Shown here one piece after another: positions 60,925-64,000 of a stretch of DNA of 64,000 nucleotides. Under the pieces are notes generated by a model. That model worked only from the letters and a program-made list of their open reading frames with translations, made no database searches and was not told where the DNA came from. A program made the translations under genes and the position numbers. Source of the stretch: Eledone cirrhosa (lineage: Eukaryota); assembly GCA_964016885.1 (NCBI GenBank), contig OZ024740.1, positions 105,152,001 through 105,216,000 of the forward strand. Reading direction: 5' to 3'. Each line of letters starts with the position of its first letter. Position 1 is the first letter of the stretch.

Positions 60925-62626
60925 CCGTCTGACGCGTGAAACATCGCCGGTAAGATTTTTTGTAAATTTATATACAAAAAACAGAACAAATTGTTTGAAA
61001 AAACATTTTGTAGATTAACCCCCAAGCTGAATTGTCAGCTGGGTAGTAATCCCATTTTTCGCCCCTTTAGGGGCGAAAATTTAATTTAAAAATTGTTTTA
61101 AAATATCAAATTTTGCAAACTATAAAACACGAATAACACAAAGGAAACGCTGGAGAACGTCAATAGAGAAAATAGAGAGAAAGAGGCAGATTTCAACGTT
61201 TTATCTGCTTCTGTTACTATGGACGTCGTCATAGATACGACTATCGACAAAGAGGAAAAAATGTTACCACTCGAAAATTGTACAATTTCTACCGTCGAAG
61301 CGGAGAAAAATAACACTAACTCACATGAAAACAGAAATTAAACCTATTAACATACATACACATGAAAAAGACATCAACAACTCCACAGATACATCTACAC
61401 AATGTTTCACCCCGTCAAAGAACTGAGATTTCCAACACCAAGGCTAACAACGATAACAACAACAACAGCAGCAACACCACACAAAAAAAGAAAATGTCTT
61501 TCGTTGAAACTGAACAAAAAACAAGATTTTATAAATCTTGACATCTCCAATACAAGAGATATGCTCCAGCAAGGGAGAAAATTTGTAACTTTCGAAGAGA
61601 AAGGTGGATTTAGAATTAACTCACCCCTTGAAATAAAGGAAGACACAGTTCGAAGATCAGTCACCTTTAGGACTGTGTCCAATTCCACGAGAAAGCCGAT
61701 ATTTGTTAGTCAAGCAGATATAGAAGCTACTTTCAAGGAAATTCTAGCAAATATCGATTTTCTCGAACGAGGAAAACAGTACGGAAGTGTTTCCGTACAT
61801 TTAAAAGCGAGGCACCCGCCCCAAAATATTCTGTGACACCAATGGTGTCAAAAGTATTCACCTTTTTCCCTACATGGACAACTTCCAGAGGTCCCTGGCC
61901 TGGCAGTGCTACCGAGGTGCTCTACCAGTTCGGGACAAGACCTACAGGCACGGACACCCCGGCAGGGATCCTTCCAATAGGATGTGTCCAAATGCGTACA
62001 GGACATTGAAACAGTCCTGCACGCAATTGTACACTGCCCTGGCATAACCGACCTGTGGAACTATGCAGAACAACTGCTGTCGCGTATGGGACAAATCCAG
62101 TTGACTGCCGAGTCAATAGTAAGGATCAAACCGCCAGCCTCTTTCAAAAACGAAAGAGAGGCGGTTTTCCTCTGTACGGTGGCTATGGTGAAAGAAGTTA
62201 TATCATGGACGAGATTGAGAGGACTGAGGACAGATGCCTTTCTCTCCGGACAACAATTGATTCCCTTCTTTAAGTATCACTTTAGAAGGAGAATCATAGT
62301 GGAGAGAGAGGCACTGCACCCCAGTAAATTTACTGAAAGGTGGGTGAATGAAGCGAAAATGGCCCGAGTGATTGGGCCTTCTCTGTTTATAAGCCTGTAG
62401 GTTGAAGAGAGCAAAAGGAAGAAAGGAGCACTTGCACAACACGCTTCTGGAGTTGAGGGTTGTTCTATCGACGAGGTATTAAACAACCCATTTGTGGGGC
62501 TTCTCCCCTATTGGGGATTTCGACTGTTGTAATTGTTTGTTTTTATATTTTTTACACGACTATGTAAAATCCCCGGCATTTCTTTGTATTGTCCCCTTTT
62601 CTTTTGCGCACTTGTGGCAAAATAAA
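60925..62626 (+). mobile_element. Internally deleted Tx1/L1-clade LINE (5' UTR and partial ORF1 fused to ORF2 3' end)
   Basis: ORF1 homology (TFEEKGGFRINS..FRTVSNSTRKP) runs to about 61873, then switches at ATGG to sequence nearly identical to 54421-55170. Confidence 0.9.
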
Positions 62627-62628
62627 TA

Positions 62629-62697
<69 letters not shown>

Positions 62698-64000
62698 CAG
62701 TGAATAACACAAAGGTATATATGATTTTTTTAAACATACCATCATTCCTCCTGATATATATAATATATATAAAAAACAGTGTGCGCACAACGCATATTTA
62801 AATGTCAATTCTGCAACAACGTCCAAATATAATTTTTTGTATGCAATAATATGGTTGAAACATTAAAAAAATTGTTAAAATCATTCAAGTTTTCAATTTT
62901 GTCACTTTTCTTTTCATTTAAGAGGATATAGTATTTGAAGCATTAAAAGTGATTAAGTTTGAAACTAAGAAATATATGCGATGTAAAAAACATATTAAAT
63001 TTTCTTTCGTATAATTCAAATGTCATATTTCTGCAACAACTGCCAGATATTATATATGCTGTTTGAACAATGAAAATTCTTGGAGAATTTCATCCAAGCT
63101 TTCAGTTTTGAAATTTTCTCCACAAGAAAGTTGAAAATCTAATGTGAGAAACCATTTGTTGTTGTTTAGCCCAAGTCAGTACCGATTTAGTAGATATATG
63201 ATCAAAGATGTTCCAGTCATGAACACCCCTATCTTTGTTATATTTGGGACTACCTTATCCAATGTATTTTTATTTTTCAAGATCATAGAGTATGATTTGA
63301 GAAAATTTGGCAGTTATTTATAACAGTTCAAATGACCACATTGAGGTTCCTCCATTGGCTTGTGGAAAACTGATCTTTAAGTGAGTATATCTGAGATCAG
63401 TGTTGCACGTTTTAAAGGCAACTCTTCTATATTCTTATGCATAATGAGGATGAGTTAAAATAGCTTTCATCACAGAATAATGTTCTTTTTCACAAACACT
63501 CACATGAGTAAGAATAAACTGAGATACTCTGATCTCATTTGAACATATACACATACCTAAACACATACCAAAGCACTTAGACGTATTCATCTACATACTC
63601 AAATAAACAGCATCCTCCCTCAGACACACACACAAATAGAAATTGTAAAAGAGTCATGGCTAAAAGAAAGAAACTTGAGAGATCTGTCATTTTGAAGCAC
63701 TATCTCAATTTCTATCTTGTTTTTGTTGTCGTAGGTTTTACAGATTTTTTAATTTTTTATATCAGTATGGTGTGACATGAGAAAATTTGACAGTTATTTC
63801 TGTAATTCTTTATCTCTCTCTAAATAAAAAAACAAAAAAAAAACAAAAACACCCTGGTGCTCTGCCTGAAGAAATATATTTATTTACTGCCTCTCCAGAG
63901 GCTGAAAGCAGCATCTATGATGTATTTTGGAGGATTCCAAGATTGATGGCAGGAAGTTATCTTCAGACATGAGACTTGGCTCAACCACTTGCAATGAAAT

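Noticed and set aside
46742-64000. Search for upstream PKA-RII exons (RRxS inhibitor site, dimerisation domain)
   Set aside because: No convincing exon found by eye; probably beyond the window, though a very short exon could have been missed

Overview
Eukaryotic, AT-rich, repeat-saturated genomic DNA; the microsatellite load and repeat types suggest a coleoid cephalopod, probably an octopus (inference). The one host gene is on the minus strand: a cAMP-dependent protein kinase type II regulatory subunit (PKA-RII). Eleven GT-AG exons from 46741 down to the stop at 11678 splice into one continuous frame covering the post-inhibitor linker and both cNMP-binding domains. The dimerisation and RRxS exons were not found and probably lie beyond 64000. 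The rest is intronic or flanking repeat. It includes two opposite-strand fragments of a CRE-clade retrotransposon (1-2515), two RTE LINE remnants, many tRNA-derived SINEs with target-site duplications, and Helitron-, piggyBac- and mariner-type remnants. A ~18-kb (AT)n-derived field with a 200-N gap hosts several TA-flanked inverted-repeat elements and two copies of a ~600-bp non-autonomous RTE-like element. A head-to-tail array of three Tx1/L1-clade LINEs (54249-62626) has each element joined at (TCTA)n/(TC)n. The most promising leads are this apparently microsatellite-targeting Tx1 family (conserved structured 5' UTR, possible splicing to ORF2) and the (AT)n-tailed element with a possible ribozyme-like 5' structure. 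The long Y/I/M/C-rich ORFs in the supplied track are microsatellite artefacts.
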